A stretch of DNA of 48,146 nucleotides from Deltaproteobacteria bacterium (GTDB lineage: Bacteria > Desulfobacterota > Desulfobacteria > Desulfobacterales > ETH-SRB1): assembly GCA_030606805.1 (NCBI GenBank), contig JAUWFS010000002.1, positions 1 through 48,146 of the forward strand. Reading direction: 5' to 3'. How positions within the stretch are numbered: position 1 is the first letter of the stretch; each line of letters begins with the position of its first letter. Both the position numbers and the translations under genes were made by a program. A model generated the notes under the pieces. That model did not search any database, was not told the origin of the DNA, and saw only the letters and a program-made list of their open reading frames with translations. This document shows positions 33,538 to 41,918 of the stretch, one piece after another.

Positions 33538-34098
33538 CTAAATCGAGTCAATATCCGGTGTTTGATCTGTGATCTCCATGCCGTCGGCTGAATCGTAGCC
33601 ATCAAAGGCTACCTTCCTTGCTTTCTTTTCAACTGTTGAACCTTTAGGAATATAACCTTCTTCAATATAATTAATAATAGCTTTCTTGCCGATGATTCCA
33701 GTTTTCCACATTTCCTTTGTAATCTTATCATCAGATCCACCAATCAGCCCAACCCGCTTTGCAATCAATATCCGGCGTTTTCTCATACCATCTTTTTCCA
33801 TGCCTGAATATAACGCCACATCGTCAAAAATTGCCCGGCCCTCATATGCTTCGCCCTCATCACCCTGAACCACAACACCGTTCAGCTCCAACACCTTTTG
33901 AATTTCCCAGCGCAGATTTGCAGCGATGCAACTATAATTCGCAAAGTCTTTCTGTTTTGGTTCAGATCCCACGCATTCGCAAAAATACCGGCCCACGGCA
34001 ACTTTGCCCATGCTTTCAGTTTCCTTGATGTCCTCTTCAGATACCTCTTCGTCAATGTCGATATCGTCATCGTCCCAACTTAAAGTTGATTCTACCAT
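33538..34098 (-). CDS. Hypothetical protein, DUF669-like (possible ssDNA-binding accessory protein)
   Basis: 186 aa with a very acidic N-terminus (SWDDDDIDIDEEVSEED). The core ..GRYFCECVGSEPKQ.......L.W.I........GEAYEGRAIFDDVAL.. resembles DUF669 proteins of phage recombination modules. The match is from memory only. Confidence 0.25.
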   Translation of the reverse strand: MVESTLSWDDDDIDIDEEVSEEDIKETESMGKVAVGRYFCECVGSEPKQKDFANYSCIAANLRWEIQKVLELNGVVVQGDEGEAYEGRAIFDDVALYSGMEKDGMRKRRILIAKRVGLIGGSDDKITKEMWKTGIIGKKAIINYIEEGYIPKGSTVEKKARKVAFDGYDSADGMEITDQTPDIDSI

Positions 34099-34136
34099 AA
34101 TTTTACACTCCTTTTTTGATTAAATATTGTTTGATT

Positions 34137-34445
34137 TTAATTTTCTAATTCGATTCTTGCCTGTTCATTCGCTTCAATAAGCTCGGCTTTTTTGTTAGCT
34201 ACATGGGCATTTATGACAGATTTAGCAAGATAAGGCGAAACATTGAATAATCTATGAGAGTTTTCACCAGAAGGAATACCAAGTTGAAGATCTTTCTTTT
34301 TGCCAAAAGCATTCCTTAGCTTTTGTTCGGCAGGTTCAAAATTATATTCCTTTTCAAGCCTTGCCATGTCATTAAGTAGTTTTTCGGCGGTTTGGATTTC
34401 GCGGTAACACTCCCAAATCCTTGCCGCTGTTTCTTGTGTAATCAT
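34137..34445 (-). CDS. Hypothetical protein
   Basis: 102 aa with a strong Shine-Dalgarno (AAAGGAGUGUAAAACG-AUG). Confidence 0.3.
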   Translation of the reverse strand: MITQETAARIWECYREIQTAEKLLNDMARLEKEYNFEPAEQKLRNAFGKKKDLQLGIPSGENSHRLFNVSPYLAKSVINAHVANKKAELIEANEQARIELEN

Positions 34446-34601
34446 CGTTTTACACTCCTTTCTTTATTAAATATTGTTTGATTTTTTCCGTCTCTCTATT
34501 ATCAGTTGCCAACGTTCCCGGATATCCCAAAACCTGCTCGCCCGCATAATCAATGTTTTTCCGGCCATAAATGATAACCAAGTAAAACAATGACCGTGGG
34601 C

Positions 34602-35882
34602 TTAAAAAGGGACATCAGCAAGAGCTTTCAAGGTTTCAATGAATTTATCACCCTGCAAGGCAGTCATGTCATTAGCCTTTTTGACATCCTTTCCAAACTT
34701 CATACCTTTGATTAAACTTGCCCATGCTTTTTGATCGTTGATTTTTAACATATTGACTTTCAGATCAAGGATGACTTTGAGTTGGTCTTTTTTGATTTTA
34801 TCAGACGCCGCTATCACCGCGGGTTTTGTTTGTTCAGATTCAATAGTTTTGGTAGGTTCAACAGGCATAACAACTTCAACATTTTCAACAGGCTTTACGG
34901 CTTTAGCCTTTCTCGCATGTCCAAGTAAAGGATCTTCTTTCTTTGCCGGTTCCGTTTTGACCGTTGTCTTGACTGCTTCGCTTCCAGCTTCTTTTGCCTT
35001 GTCTGCTTTTTTAACATTGTCTTTGCCACTTGTTACCTCCGTTGTTTCAATGTTTTCGGGAAAGAACTCCTCTGCAAATTCCTTCTCTTCCCTGTCGGTA
35101 TCAGCATCAGATGACACAATTTTTCGGGCCTCAATTTCAATATCTCGCATGTTCTCGATTAGGCTGACACGTTCTTTTCCCATTTCAAGAGCTTTCTTTT
35201 GCAGTTGATCAATACCACCCTGAAATTCAACAGTAACAACATATATCGTTGTCGGAGCCCCGGTTGTAGGTATGATTGTTTTTTTCGGATTGATAACTAA
35301 CCGCAAAGGAATAAATGACAACAGGCCCCCGGTGGCTGCTTTAATCAACATGAGTGAAGAAAGGATATAACGGGCAGAATTTATCGAAGTAGTTCTAAAT
35401 TTATAACAACCGCCTACATTTGAACCTTCAATAATGCAGGAAAGAGTCCCTGATATCTTACATTTATCCTTACCTGTATATGCCCCATCCAATCTTTTGC
35501 AGGGACAGACCACCTCACGACCATCCCGTGTAACTCCTTTGATACCGTTACCTGAACATGACAATTTGCCATTTACATACGAAACATATTGAGTCGGGAA
35601 CACAAGATCAATTTCATTATAAAGCAACCGGATAGGTATGCCTATAATATTCATTTCTTTATTATAGACCGCTGCAGGGTTGTCTTTGATGATTTCAATA
35701 ATTTGATCATCAAGAATATAATCATCATTTTCATCACGTTCATTTTTGACTATCCGGAAATGATCAATTTTTTGTGGAAGACGGAATTCGTTGCCGTCTT
35801 TTGATTTGACCATATCCCCTTTAATACCGATTTTTATTTTGCCGACCTCCATGAGTCCGGGCATTAATCCTTTAACTGGCAT
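34602..35882 (-). CDS. Hypothetical replication-module protein, possibly phiC31 gp3 / RDF-like, with a Lys/Glu/Thr-rich tail
   Basis: 426 aa. The N-terminus is ..GKIKIGIKG......LPQKIDHFRIV.. and there are Cys clusters (CSGNG...CPCKR...C). The family assignment is recalled and not verified. Confidence 0.2.
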   Translation of the reverse strand: MPVKGLMPGLMEVGKIKIGIKGDMVKSKDGNEFRLPQKIDHFRIVKNERDENDDYILDDQIIEIIKDNPAAVYNKEMNIIGIPIRLLYNEIDLVFPTQYVSYVNGKLSCSGNGIKGVTRDGREVVCPCKRLDGAYTGKDKCKISGTLSCIIEGSNVGGCYKFRTTSINSARYILSSLMLIKAATGGLLSFIPLRLVINPKKTIIPTTGAPTTIYVVTVEFQGGIDQLQKKALEMGKERVSLIENMRDIEIEARKIVSSDADTDREEKEFAEEFFPENIETTEVTSGKDNVKKADKAKEAGSEAVKTTVKTEPAKKEDPLLGHARKAKAVKPVENVEVVMPVEPTKTIESEQTKPAVIAASDKIKKDQLKVILDLKVNMLKINDQKAWASLIKGMKFGKDVKKANDMTALQGDKFIETLKALADVPF

Positions 35883-35909
35883 AATTTGTTACCTCCCCCT
35901 TTTTTAGGT

Positions 35910-36104
35910 TTATTCTTTATCAAGGACTTCAAGTTCAGCTTTTGAAAGACTGCCTCCCCATCCAGAAAAACAAGCAAAGATCTCAATGCCTACCTCTTCA
36001 ATGGCTTCCATTGCGGCTTGTCTTGGTGGCAAATCAAACCCCTTTGGCAATTTAGTGTCAATTGGAACAATTATTTTGCATTTCCACACCTTATATTTGC
36101 TCAT
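35910..36104 (-). CDS. Hypothetical protein
   Basis: 64 aa with a Shine-Dalgarno AGGAGGUAUAAA-AUG. Confidence 0.3.
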   Translation of the reverse strand: MSKYKVWKCKIIVPIDTKLPKGFDLPPRQAAMEAIEEVGIEIFACFSGWGGSLSKAELEVLDKE

Positions 36105-36118
36105 TTTATACCTCCTTC

Positions 36119-36775
36119 TTACAAAAAATATCGTTTAATCTTCTGAAAAAGTTGAAAAGTCGCTTTGCAATCCTGTTGACAATATTTTCCGATCTCATCA
36201 TGCAACCCTTCATTCCAGTAATCTTGCATCATCGAACCGTCCATGCCTTCTGTTTTGCCGGCCAGACCGAACATTGACAAAAAGAATCCTAACTTTCCTG
36301 CTTCAAACGTTTCCCAATCTGTTAGCACTCCACGCAGATCAATATGATTTCCTGCGGAGCTATATTTTTTCCGGTCAAATCGAAATGGGATTTCAATATC
36401 ATGTACCGCTGAACGGAGTAACAAAATCCGGCTGTCAAAAGAAAAACAGTTGAAGCCGATTAAAACATTATACTCGGAAAGCTTTTGCCAATATTCACGC
36501 AAGAACATTTCTTCTGAAAGCGGTGTTTTATGTTCGTTACTTTCCAACATAATATAACCACAATCCTCATCGGACGCATACCAGCCGCCACAACAAGGCA
36601 TAGCGGTCAAAGGATTCATTCCAAGTTTTGACCGTGCCTCTGCTTGTTTCGCTGCGATTTTATCAGGGTCTTTCAGGTTGCCAGTTTTGCAAAGTTCGTT
36701 CACAACCTCATCCGGCAATGGCCTTGCAATCGTTTCGATATCGTAAGCCGCAATCTTTTTTTTGTTTTCACTCAT
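36119..36775 (-). CDS. DnaQ-like 3'-5' exonuclease (PolB-exonuclease-like)
   Basis: 218 aa. The motifs are Exo I AAYDIETIA, Exo II LIGFNCFSFDSRIL and Exo III YCQQDCKAT. Confidence 0.65.
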   Translation of the reverse strand: MSENKKKIAAYDIETIARPLPDEVVNELCKTGNLKDPDKIAAKQAEARSKLGMNPLTAMPCCGGWYASDEDCGYIMLESNEHKTPLSEEMFLREYWQKLSEYNVLIGFNCFSFDSRILLLRSAVHDIEIPFRFDRKKYSSAGNHIDLRGVLTDWETFEAGKLGFFLSMFGLAGKTEGMDGSMMQDYWNEGLHDEIGKYCQQDCKATFQLFQKIKRYFL

Positions 36776-36983
36776 CTTTAGTATTTACCTCCTTTGCTGT
36801 CATGTTTAAATAATTACACAGCTCGCCTAACTGCTCTTCAGTCGGGTCTTTTGTACAGTTGATGATCCTACTCAGGATGCCTGCGTCAATGCCAATCTCG
36901 TATGCACAGCGGTCTTGAGTCCTATAAATTGTTTGAATTTTGTCCCTTAAAAGTTTTCGTGTTAAAGGTTTTCTCTCTGGCAT
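36768..36983 (-). CDS. Small HTH protein (XRE/Cro-like)
   Basis: 71 aa. The segment TQDRCAYEIGIDAGILSRIINCTKDPTEEQLGELCNYL fits a helix-turn-helix. It has an AAGGAG Shine-Dalgarno and lies in the early operon. Confidence 0.4.
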   Translation of the reverse strand: MPERKPLTRKLLRDKIQTIYRTQDRCAYEIGIDAGILSRIINCTKDPTEEQLGELCNYLNMTAKEVNTKDE

Positions 36984-36998
36984 TTCAATATCTCCTTT

Positions 36999-37169
36999 TT
37001 ATTTTGTTTTTTGATTTTTATCATCTTCGAGAGGACACCAATCAGGTATAGTTGTAATAGGCACATCAATAGTTTTGTACCCAGAAATTCTACATTTTCG
37101 CTTAAAATCCGGTGTCATTAGCTTATAAGGACAAGCTGCACAAGTATCTATTTTTACGATTTTAGCCAT
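36999..37169 (-). CDS. Small Cys-rich protein (56 aa, below the ORF-track cutoff)
   Basis: Hand-translated as MAKIVKIDTCAACPYKLMTPDFKRKCRISGYKTIDVPITTIPDWCPLEDDKNQKTK. It has an AAAGGAGAAGGCUU-AUG Shine-Dalgarno and is spaced tightly with its neighbours. The C..C ... C ... WCPL pattern is seen in other phage small proteins. Confidence 0.45.
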   Translation of the reverse strand: MAKIVKIDTCAACPYKLMTPDFKRKCRISGYKTIDVPITTIPDWCPLEDDKNQKTK

Positions 37170-37181
37170 AAGCCTTCTCCT

Positions 37182-37346
37182 TTATCCATTTATCTTTGCA
37201 ATCATAAGCCACGCTCCGCACCATCCGGCAAACGCACCAAACAAAAAACCGGTTATAATCCAGTTGACCTTTGCTGAAATCAGCGGGAACCGGTAACAAT
37301 CAATTTGCTGTGCTTGAGTTAAATTTATCAGGCTTGTTTTTTTCAT
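37182..37346 (-). CDS. Small membrane protein (54 aa, below the ORF-track cutoff)
   Basis: Hand-translated as MKKTSLINLTQAQQIDCYRFPLISAKVNWIITGFLFGAFAGWCGAWLMIAKING. It has one clear transmembrane segment and an AAGGAAGG Shine-Dalgarno. It is the first gene after the early promoter. Confidence 0.4.
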   Translation of the reverse strand: MKKTSLINLTQAQQIDCYRFPLISAKVNWIITGFLFGAFAGWCGAWLMIAKING

Positions 37347-37379
37347 TGTTCAATACCTTCCTTTTTGATGTTTTTCTGG

Positions 37380-37408
37380 ATATTAAACTATTCAAAAAGG
37401 TCTGTCAA
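37380..37408 (-). promoter_or_regulatory. Sigma70-like early promoter (leftward) in the divergent control region
   Basis: The minus strand reads TTGACA (37408..37403)-17 nt-TAATAT (37385..37380), about 35 nt upstream of the 54-aa ORF. Confidence 0.5.
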
Positions 37409-37516
37409 TAAAATAATTATTTTTATTTTTGTATTGACAGGGTCAAAAATATATTATAGGTATAATTTAAAAGGTTCGATTTTAAACCGTCAACAATTAA
37501 ACAGGAGGAAACAAAA

Positions 37517-38113
37517 ATGGAAAATAAAAAAATACATAATGGGTTGTGGTATCTATTTCGTTTATCACTCTTTTTCTTTGTTTCTATTTGGCTTATTGTC
37601 GCAGTTTTATATACAATTCAAACTGAAAACGCTGAAAAGCAGGTCCTTCAGGCTGAAAAGCAGAGTAAAGCTTTCCTGGTTAATCAAGCGGCCAAAGCTT
37701 TCATTCAGGCTAAAAAGCAGGACAAATTTTCAGGTATTATTTTAGCTCAAGAAACACGAACCAAAATAAAAGCCGAGAGCCAAGCTATGAGGATAGCCGA
37801 GAGCCGAGCTCAGGCTCAGTATGATGCTCTAAATAAAACTCAAACCACCCGGATTAATTCTGATGAACAGATAATGAAATATTTTTCTGCCTGGGACGGG
37901 TCACACAGGGGCTTGACAAGATTTATCAAAAAAACCATGAATGACCCAGGGTCATATAAACACATAGATACTTTGGTTGTAGATAAAGGCTCTTATCTTA
38001 TTGTAAAAACAACTTACCGTGGAAAAAATGGGTTTGGTGCAATCGTTAAAGGATTTATTTCAGCGATGGTTGATTTAAATGGCAACGTAATACAAATTCT
38101 TGCGCAAGGTTAG
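37517..38113 (+). CDS. Membrane-anchored protein of unknown function
   Basis: 198 aa with an AGGAGG Shine-Dalgarno and an N-terminal transmembrane segment (LWYLFRLSLFFFVSIWLIVAVLY). It has a repetitive QAEKQSKAF/QAKKQDKF coiled region and a C-terminal globular domain (FSAWDGSHRGL...YRGKNGFGAIV). Confidence 0.4.
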   Translation: MENKKIHNGLWYLFRLSLFFFVSIWLIVAVLYTIQTENAEKQVLQAEKQSKAFLVNQAAKAFIQAKKQDKFSGIILAQETRTKIKAESQAMRIAESRAQAQYDALNKTQTTRINSDEQIMKYFSAWDGSHRGLTRFIKKTMNDPGSYKHIDTLVVDKGSYLIVKTTYRGKNGFGAIVKGFISAMVDLNGNVIQILAQG

Positions 38114-38170
38114 ATTTAAATTGAAGGATAAATTATGAATGATGAAATCAAAGACATGATTGAGGATTAA

Positions 38171-38458
38171 ATGAAATATATAATATTAGTAGTATTCGTT
38201 GCTATTATTTTGCTTGCCATTATCATACCTCTTGAAAATCAGCGTAGGCTTAGCGATTGCCGGTTTGAGTGCAAAAATTTACAGACCAGATTGACCCGAT
38301 GCCAAGAACTTAGTGATTACGCTGAAGCCCTTGAACAATTCCTGCCATCTTTAGCATGGGCTCAAGTACGAGCATTAAATGAGGAAATTAAACAAAATCG
38401 GCGTTGGGAATACGAAAGACATGAGCAACCTTTGTTAACAGAAAAAGAAAGGAAATAA
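38171..38458 (+). CDS. Small membrane protein
   Basis: 95 aa with an N-terminal transmembrane segment (YIILVVFVAIILLAIIIPL) and a GAGGA Shine-Dalgarno. Confidence 0.35.
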   Translation: MKYIILVVFVAIILLAIIIPLENQRRLSDCRFECKNLQTRLTRCQELSDYAEALEQFLPSLAWAQVRALNEEIKQNRRWEYERHEQPLLTEKERK

Positions 38459-38647
38459 ATGCCGTTATCAAACATAAATATTCCGACATATAAAGATATA
38501 GGGCTTGATGATGTAGAAATAATCATTAATAAAATTGCAGGAAGGATGAAGATTAAAATAAAGGATGACAATAAAATTATAGAAACTGAATGTCTCTTCG
38601 AGGATATTCGGCGAGCATGGAATACAGTAAAAAGTGATAAACATTAG
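38459..38647 (+). CDS. Hypothetical protein
   Basis: 62 aa. Its start abuts the previous stop (TAAATG). Confidence 0.3.
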   Translation: MPLSNINIPTYKDIGLDDVEIIINKIAGRMKIKIKDDNKIIETECLFEDIRRAWNTVKSDKH

Positions 38648-38678
38648 TTTGCAGGGGAATTTAAAAAGGAGAAATATT

Positions 38679-39032
38679 ATGGAAAGAGAATTTGAAGTAG
38701 GGAAAGATGAGGCGTGGTTCGCCAACATCAAGCGAACCTATGATGAATTTCAACATGAAAGCTTGGAAAGTATTCGGCGGAACAGAACCATCGTGGACAA
38801 AACTTTAAGTGATGCTCAACAGCACGATAACGCAAGGCAGGACGTTGCCTTACAGGCGCTCCAAAATGCTGTAGAAACAGCTAATATGGTCGGTAAGCAA
38901 GCAGTTCGTCACAGCGATGTTGCAATTGATCGTCAGTGGAATGTAGATGAAGTGGCTCATTTAGTAGCCAAGACGCCCGTTTTTATGGATGCAATGGCTG
39001 CCGCAGTGGCAAAAGATGCAATGAAAAAATAA
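38679..39032 (+). CDS. Hypothetical protein
   Basis: The track ORF is 38634..39032. The ATG at 38679 (MEREFEV..) has an AAAGGAGA Shine-Dalgarno, so I prefer it. The protein is helical and I recognised no motif. Confidence 0.3.
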   Translation: MEREFEVGKDEAWFANIKRTYDEFQHESLESIRRNRTIVDKTLSDAQQHDNARQDVALQALQNAVETANMVGKQAVRHSDVAIDRQWNVDEVAHLVAKTPVFMDAMAAAVAKDAMKK

Positions 39033-39058
39033 ACTTAACCCTCCCCTGCAAATTTTAG

Positions 39059-39095
39059 CTGCCCTGTTACCTGGATAGGCTGGGCAATAGGGCAG
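39059..39095. terminator. Possible bidirectional hairpin between convergent operons
   Basis: CTGCCCT ... AGGGCAG forms a 7-bp stem with a 23-nt loop, between the end of the plus-strand operon and the end of the lysis cluster. The loop is long, so the call is weak. Confidence 0.25.
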
Positions 39096-39111
39096 TTAAT
39101 TACTCAAAACA

Positions 39112-39294
39112 TTATCCATCTTCCGGCTTTTTAAAATAAAAAACTCCAGCCATTGATGCCATACCCATAACCGCTCCGATAAGAGTGTCCTGAACTTTCT
39201 CCAGAACAAACATCCCGATACATATCGCTATTAACGGAACAAGAAACGCAACCGATCTTGTAATTACTCTGATTAATTCATGTTTATTTTCCAT
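39112..39294 (-). CDS. Small two-TM membrane protein (holin-like)
   Basis: 60 aa with two hydrophobic segments (VAFLVPLIAICIGMFVL and LIGAVMGMASMAGVFYF) and a charged C-terminus. It belongs to the lysis cluster. Confidence 0.35.
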   Translation of the reverse strand: MENKHELIRVITRSVAFLVPLIAICIGMFVLEKVQDTLIGAVMGMASMAGVFYFKKPEDG

Positions 39295-39296
39295 AA

Positions 39297-39725
39297 TTAT
39301 ACCTCATGTAATTTCGCAATCTTAATGCCAGAAATCAACCCTTCAGCAGTGGCCTGAATAAGCCGCATGTGTTCATCAGCAATCTCAATTCCAGTTTCAA
39401 TCTTTATCAGCGCCACAATATCTCGCAAATCAGCCGCTAACAAAGGATCGTCAATCTCTGCGGCAAGTACGATTACCAACCTATCAATCACAATCCTTAC
39501 AATATCTGGTTCTTCCTCAATCAAAATTGCCTTACTTAAAGCCAAAACCTCATGTGATACTTCAGGGTATTGTTTTTCTAATTCATAGCCCGCTCTTCGT
39601 CCTGCAATTTTCGCGATGATTACTTGACTTTCTGGGTCAATCTGAATTTGCGGCTGGCCCTGATCTGTGGCACAACCTACCAAAAAAAACAATCCAACTA
39701 CGAATAATACACTTAACTTTTTCAT
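39297..39725 (-). CDS. Lipoprotein (possible spanin-type lysis accessory)
   Basis: 142 aa with a lipobox signal MKKLSVLFVVGLFFLVGC. It lies directly after the endolysin with an ATGA-type overlap. Confidence 0.4.
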   Translation of the reverse strand: MKKLSVLFVVGLFFLVGCATDQGQPQIQIDPESQVIIAKIAGRRAGYELEKQYPEVSHEVLALSKAILIEEEPDIVRIVIDRLVIVLAAEIDDPLLAADLRDIVALIKIETGIEIADEHMRLIQATAEGLISGIKIAKLHEV

Positions 39726-40141
39726 AATAATTCTCCTTTCATTACCTTTCTAAAAAATTTATAATCAAGTCTTACATATTTACCAGGCTCAAATGATCCC
39801 CAACGCGAATCAATTCCTTGTTTTGTGTATGGTCTGACATCAACATGAATCCCAGGAGAATTCCAGTTAGGATAAACTCCTATGCCATTAAAAGCATCAA
39901 ATCTTTCAGCGGCAAGATACATATCAATTACATGCAAGCCTTCTATATCCAAATCAGCAGCCATACAAAGTGGATGGTATCCGGGCTTTCCCTTTCGATA
40001 TCCGCTATGAATATTAATTCTCCGGCCTGTATAATCCCTCATATCTTGTAAGGTACAAATAAGGATACTTGACATCCCAGTAGCATTAAATTCTTTAGGA
40101 GAAAAGTTTGGAATATCCTGCCACATTTCATAAGTCATCAT
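39722..40141 (-). CDS. Endolysin, peptidase M15 (D-Ala-D-Ala carboxypeptidase-like, M15A type)
   Basis: 139 aa with motifs INIHSGYR...YHPLCMAADLDI...GIGVY...GIHVDVRP (SGYR / H..AaD / HvD). Confidence 0.75.
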   Translation of the reverse strand: MMTYEMWQDIPNFSPKEFNATGMSSILICTLQDMRDYTGRRINIHSGYRKGKPGYHPLCMAADLDIEGLHVIDMYLAAERFDAFNGIGVYPNWNSPGIHVDVRPYTKQGIDSRWGSFEPGKYVRLDYKFFRKVMKGELL

Positions 40142-40331
40142 TGTCTTTTACCTCCTTTCCAATCTCACTATAAAGCCAGGTTAAATCTTTTCCTAAGCAG
40201 GCAAGGTCATATTGAAGAATCTCAAGAGGAACCTTATCCTTGCTAAGCCCCGGATTGTAGTCTGCAAGATTATCAGCTATCATCTGGGCTTCTGTTACTA
40301 ATTGAGCTGCTTGTTCTGCTATTGCTTTCAT
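40128..40331 (-). CDS. Hypothetical acidic protein
   Basis: 67 aa, overlapping both neighbours. Confidence 0.25.
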   Translation of the reverse strand: MKAIAEQAAQLVTEAQMIADNLADYNPGLSKDKVPLEILQYDLACLGKDLTWLYSEIGKEVKDNDDL

Positions 40332-40573
40332 TTTGTCTTCAGTAGATGATCAAGCAATTTTTCTTCAACTTTAGTCAAGGTATCTTTAACCGGCTTTAGC
40401 TTAACACAAATTTTCTTATCTACTTGATCAAAATCAGGGCGCTTTGTGATTTCTTCCGCAATATAGATTTTATGATCATTCAACTCTTTTCCGTGAGAAT
40501 TAATCTTTGTATATAAAGCGCCAATTGCCACAACTACAATTCCATTTGATATAATTGCTATTGTTTCAAGCAT
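40328..40573 (-). CDS. Single-TM protein (holin or lysis-associated)
   Basis: 81 aa with an N-terminal transmembrane segment IAIISNGIVVVAIGALY followed by a charged helical tail. Confidence 0.3.
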   Translation of the reverse strand: MLETIAIISNGIVVVAIGALYTKINSHGKELNDHKIYIAEEITKRPDFDQVDKKICVKLKPVKDTLTKVEEKLLDHLLKTK

Positions 40574-41690
40574 GGCTTATCCTTTTTAATGTTTTTACCT
40601 TGATATAATCAGGCTTTGGAATTATTTTTTTAATTGGTTCAACAATATCATTTTTTCCCATAAATCTATAATCAGCTAATATTTTCTTGTCTTTTTTATC
40701 TTTAATATATTTTGGCAAACCAACTGTTACTGCTTTAGTAGGCCATGCAGGATTTGAATTTTCGTCAATCTTATAATTTTCTGTAATGACTTCGAGCAAA
40801 TCTTTATCTGATTTCATTTCATCATCAACAATAGTTTCTGATTCCATTTGCTCTATTTCTTTAAGGGATGGATTGATGACTATTATTTCGTGTTTAATTT
40901 CGTTATAATCCCCAAAGGGGTGAGGTAGAAGCAAAGGTTTGCCGCCATTTCCAAAGCAAGGATGATCGGGAGCTTGATACATAGAAGTTATTTTTTTAGT
41001 TATTTTATCTCTTAATATAAATATCCAATGAACTTCGCCGGAAGCTGTTACGTAACGTTGTTGAGCATATACTGTTCTCCCCGAATGAACCTTTATCCAT
41101 ATTCTTGTAGCATAGGAAGTTCCAATGACATTATTACCAACTGCGGAAAGATGCACTTCATCACTGGCTGAATCAGCATGACTTGATTTTATTTGGGGAT
41201 AGAAACCGTATGTCCCCCCAGGCAATGTCAACAGTACCCCCGAAGTATTTGTAGTACTTACATTTCCCATACTTGTTTTAAGCTTAGCCTGCGAAACGCT
41301 TGCATCACCAATCGCTCCGAGCCTTGCATCATTACCAGCACATGCCTTTAATGCCGTTGTACCAAGCCGTCTAAGTCCGTAAGTGCCTGCTGCGGGATCT
41401 TTAATAGCGGCGGCAATCATGGCGCCTGTTATTTCATTAGACAGGTTCGTAATCACGGGTTTATTATTTGCAAAATCCCATACACTTTGCCAGGCATTAT
41501 TAGCTTCATTTCTTAATTTCAAAATATTGGTAGTTTTATCAAACCACCACATCCCAGCAATTAAATTTGATGGTGTTGCTGCTCCAGAAAAGCCCGACTT
41601 TAATGCTGCAAAATTCTTTTCTATATTTGCCATATCTGTTTGCACCACATGGTCACTTGCAAAACAGTCATCTGTAAAATCTTGACTCAT
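40566..41690 (-). CDS. Tail fibre protein
   Basis: 374 aa. The N-terminus ..MANIEKNFAALKSGFSGAATPSNLIAGMWWFDKTTNILKLRNEANNAWQSV is the widespread tail-fibre N-terminal motif. Confidence 0.6.
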   Translation of the reverse strand: MSQDFTDDCFASDHVVQTDMANIEKNFAALKSGFSGAATPSNLIAGMWWFDKTTNILKLRNEANNAWQSVWDFANNKPVITNLSNEITGAMIAAAIKDPAAGTYGLRRLGTTALKACAGNDARLGAIGDASVSQAKLKTSMGNVSTTNTSGVLLTLPGGTYGFYPQIKSSHADSASDEVHLSAVGNNVIGTSYATRIWIKVHSGRTVYAQQRYVTASGEVHWIFILRDKITKKITSMYQAPDHPCFGNGGKPLLLPHPFGDYNEIKHEIIVINPSLKEIEQMESETIVDDEMKSDKDLLEVITENYKIDENSNPAWPTKAVTVGLPKYIKDKKDKKILADYRFMGKNDIVEPIKKIIPKPDYIKVKTLKRISHA

Positions 41691-41917
41691 TATACCATCT
41701 CCTTTAAAGCCTGTTCGATTTCAGTTTTTTTAATCTGTTTCCCATCATATTCAGCTTTAATTTTAGCCGTTTTCATCTTGAGAACTTTTTTGAAATCTTC
41801 TTTGTCTCTGAATACCAGGCTCGTTGTTTGAATTATCTTTTCTCCGTCCATTACATGGATATATGCTACAAAATCCTTGCCTTGTTTTGTAATGTTGTCA
41901 AGTTTATATTTTATCAT
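41690..41917 (-). CDS. Hypothetical protein
   Basis: 75 aa, located between the J-like and fibre genes. Confidence 0.25.
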   Translation of the reverse strand: MIKYKLDNITKQGKDFVAYIHVMDGEKIIQTTSLVFRDKEDFKKVLKMKTAKIKAEYDGKQIKKTEIEQALKEMV

Positions 41918-41918
41918 T

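Noticed and set aside
34738-35208. A 156-aa plus-strand ORF.
   Set aside because: It is antisense to the Lys/Glu/Thr-rich low-complexity tail of the 426-aa ORF. Its Ser/Phe/Leu-rich composition is typical of antisense frames.
37473-37480. The sequence GGTTCGAT could be a tRNA T-arm-like signature.
   Set aside because: No acceptor stem, D-arm or anticodon stem can be built around it. It lies in the 5' UTR of the plus-strand operon.
37365-37745. A 126-aa plus-strand ORF overlapping the 198-aa ORF.
   Set aside because: It starts upstream of the only plausible plus-strand promoter elements and has no Shine-Dalgarno. The ORF at 37517 has an AGGAGG Shine-Dalgarno and a sensible membrane-protein sequence.
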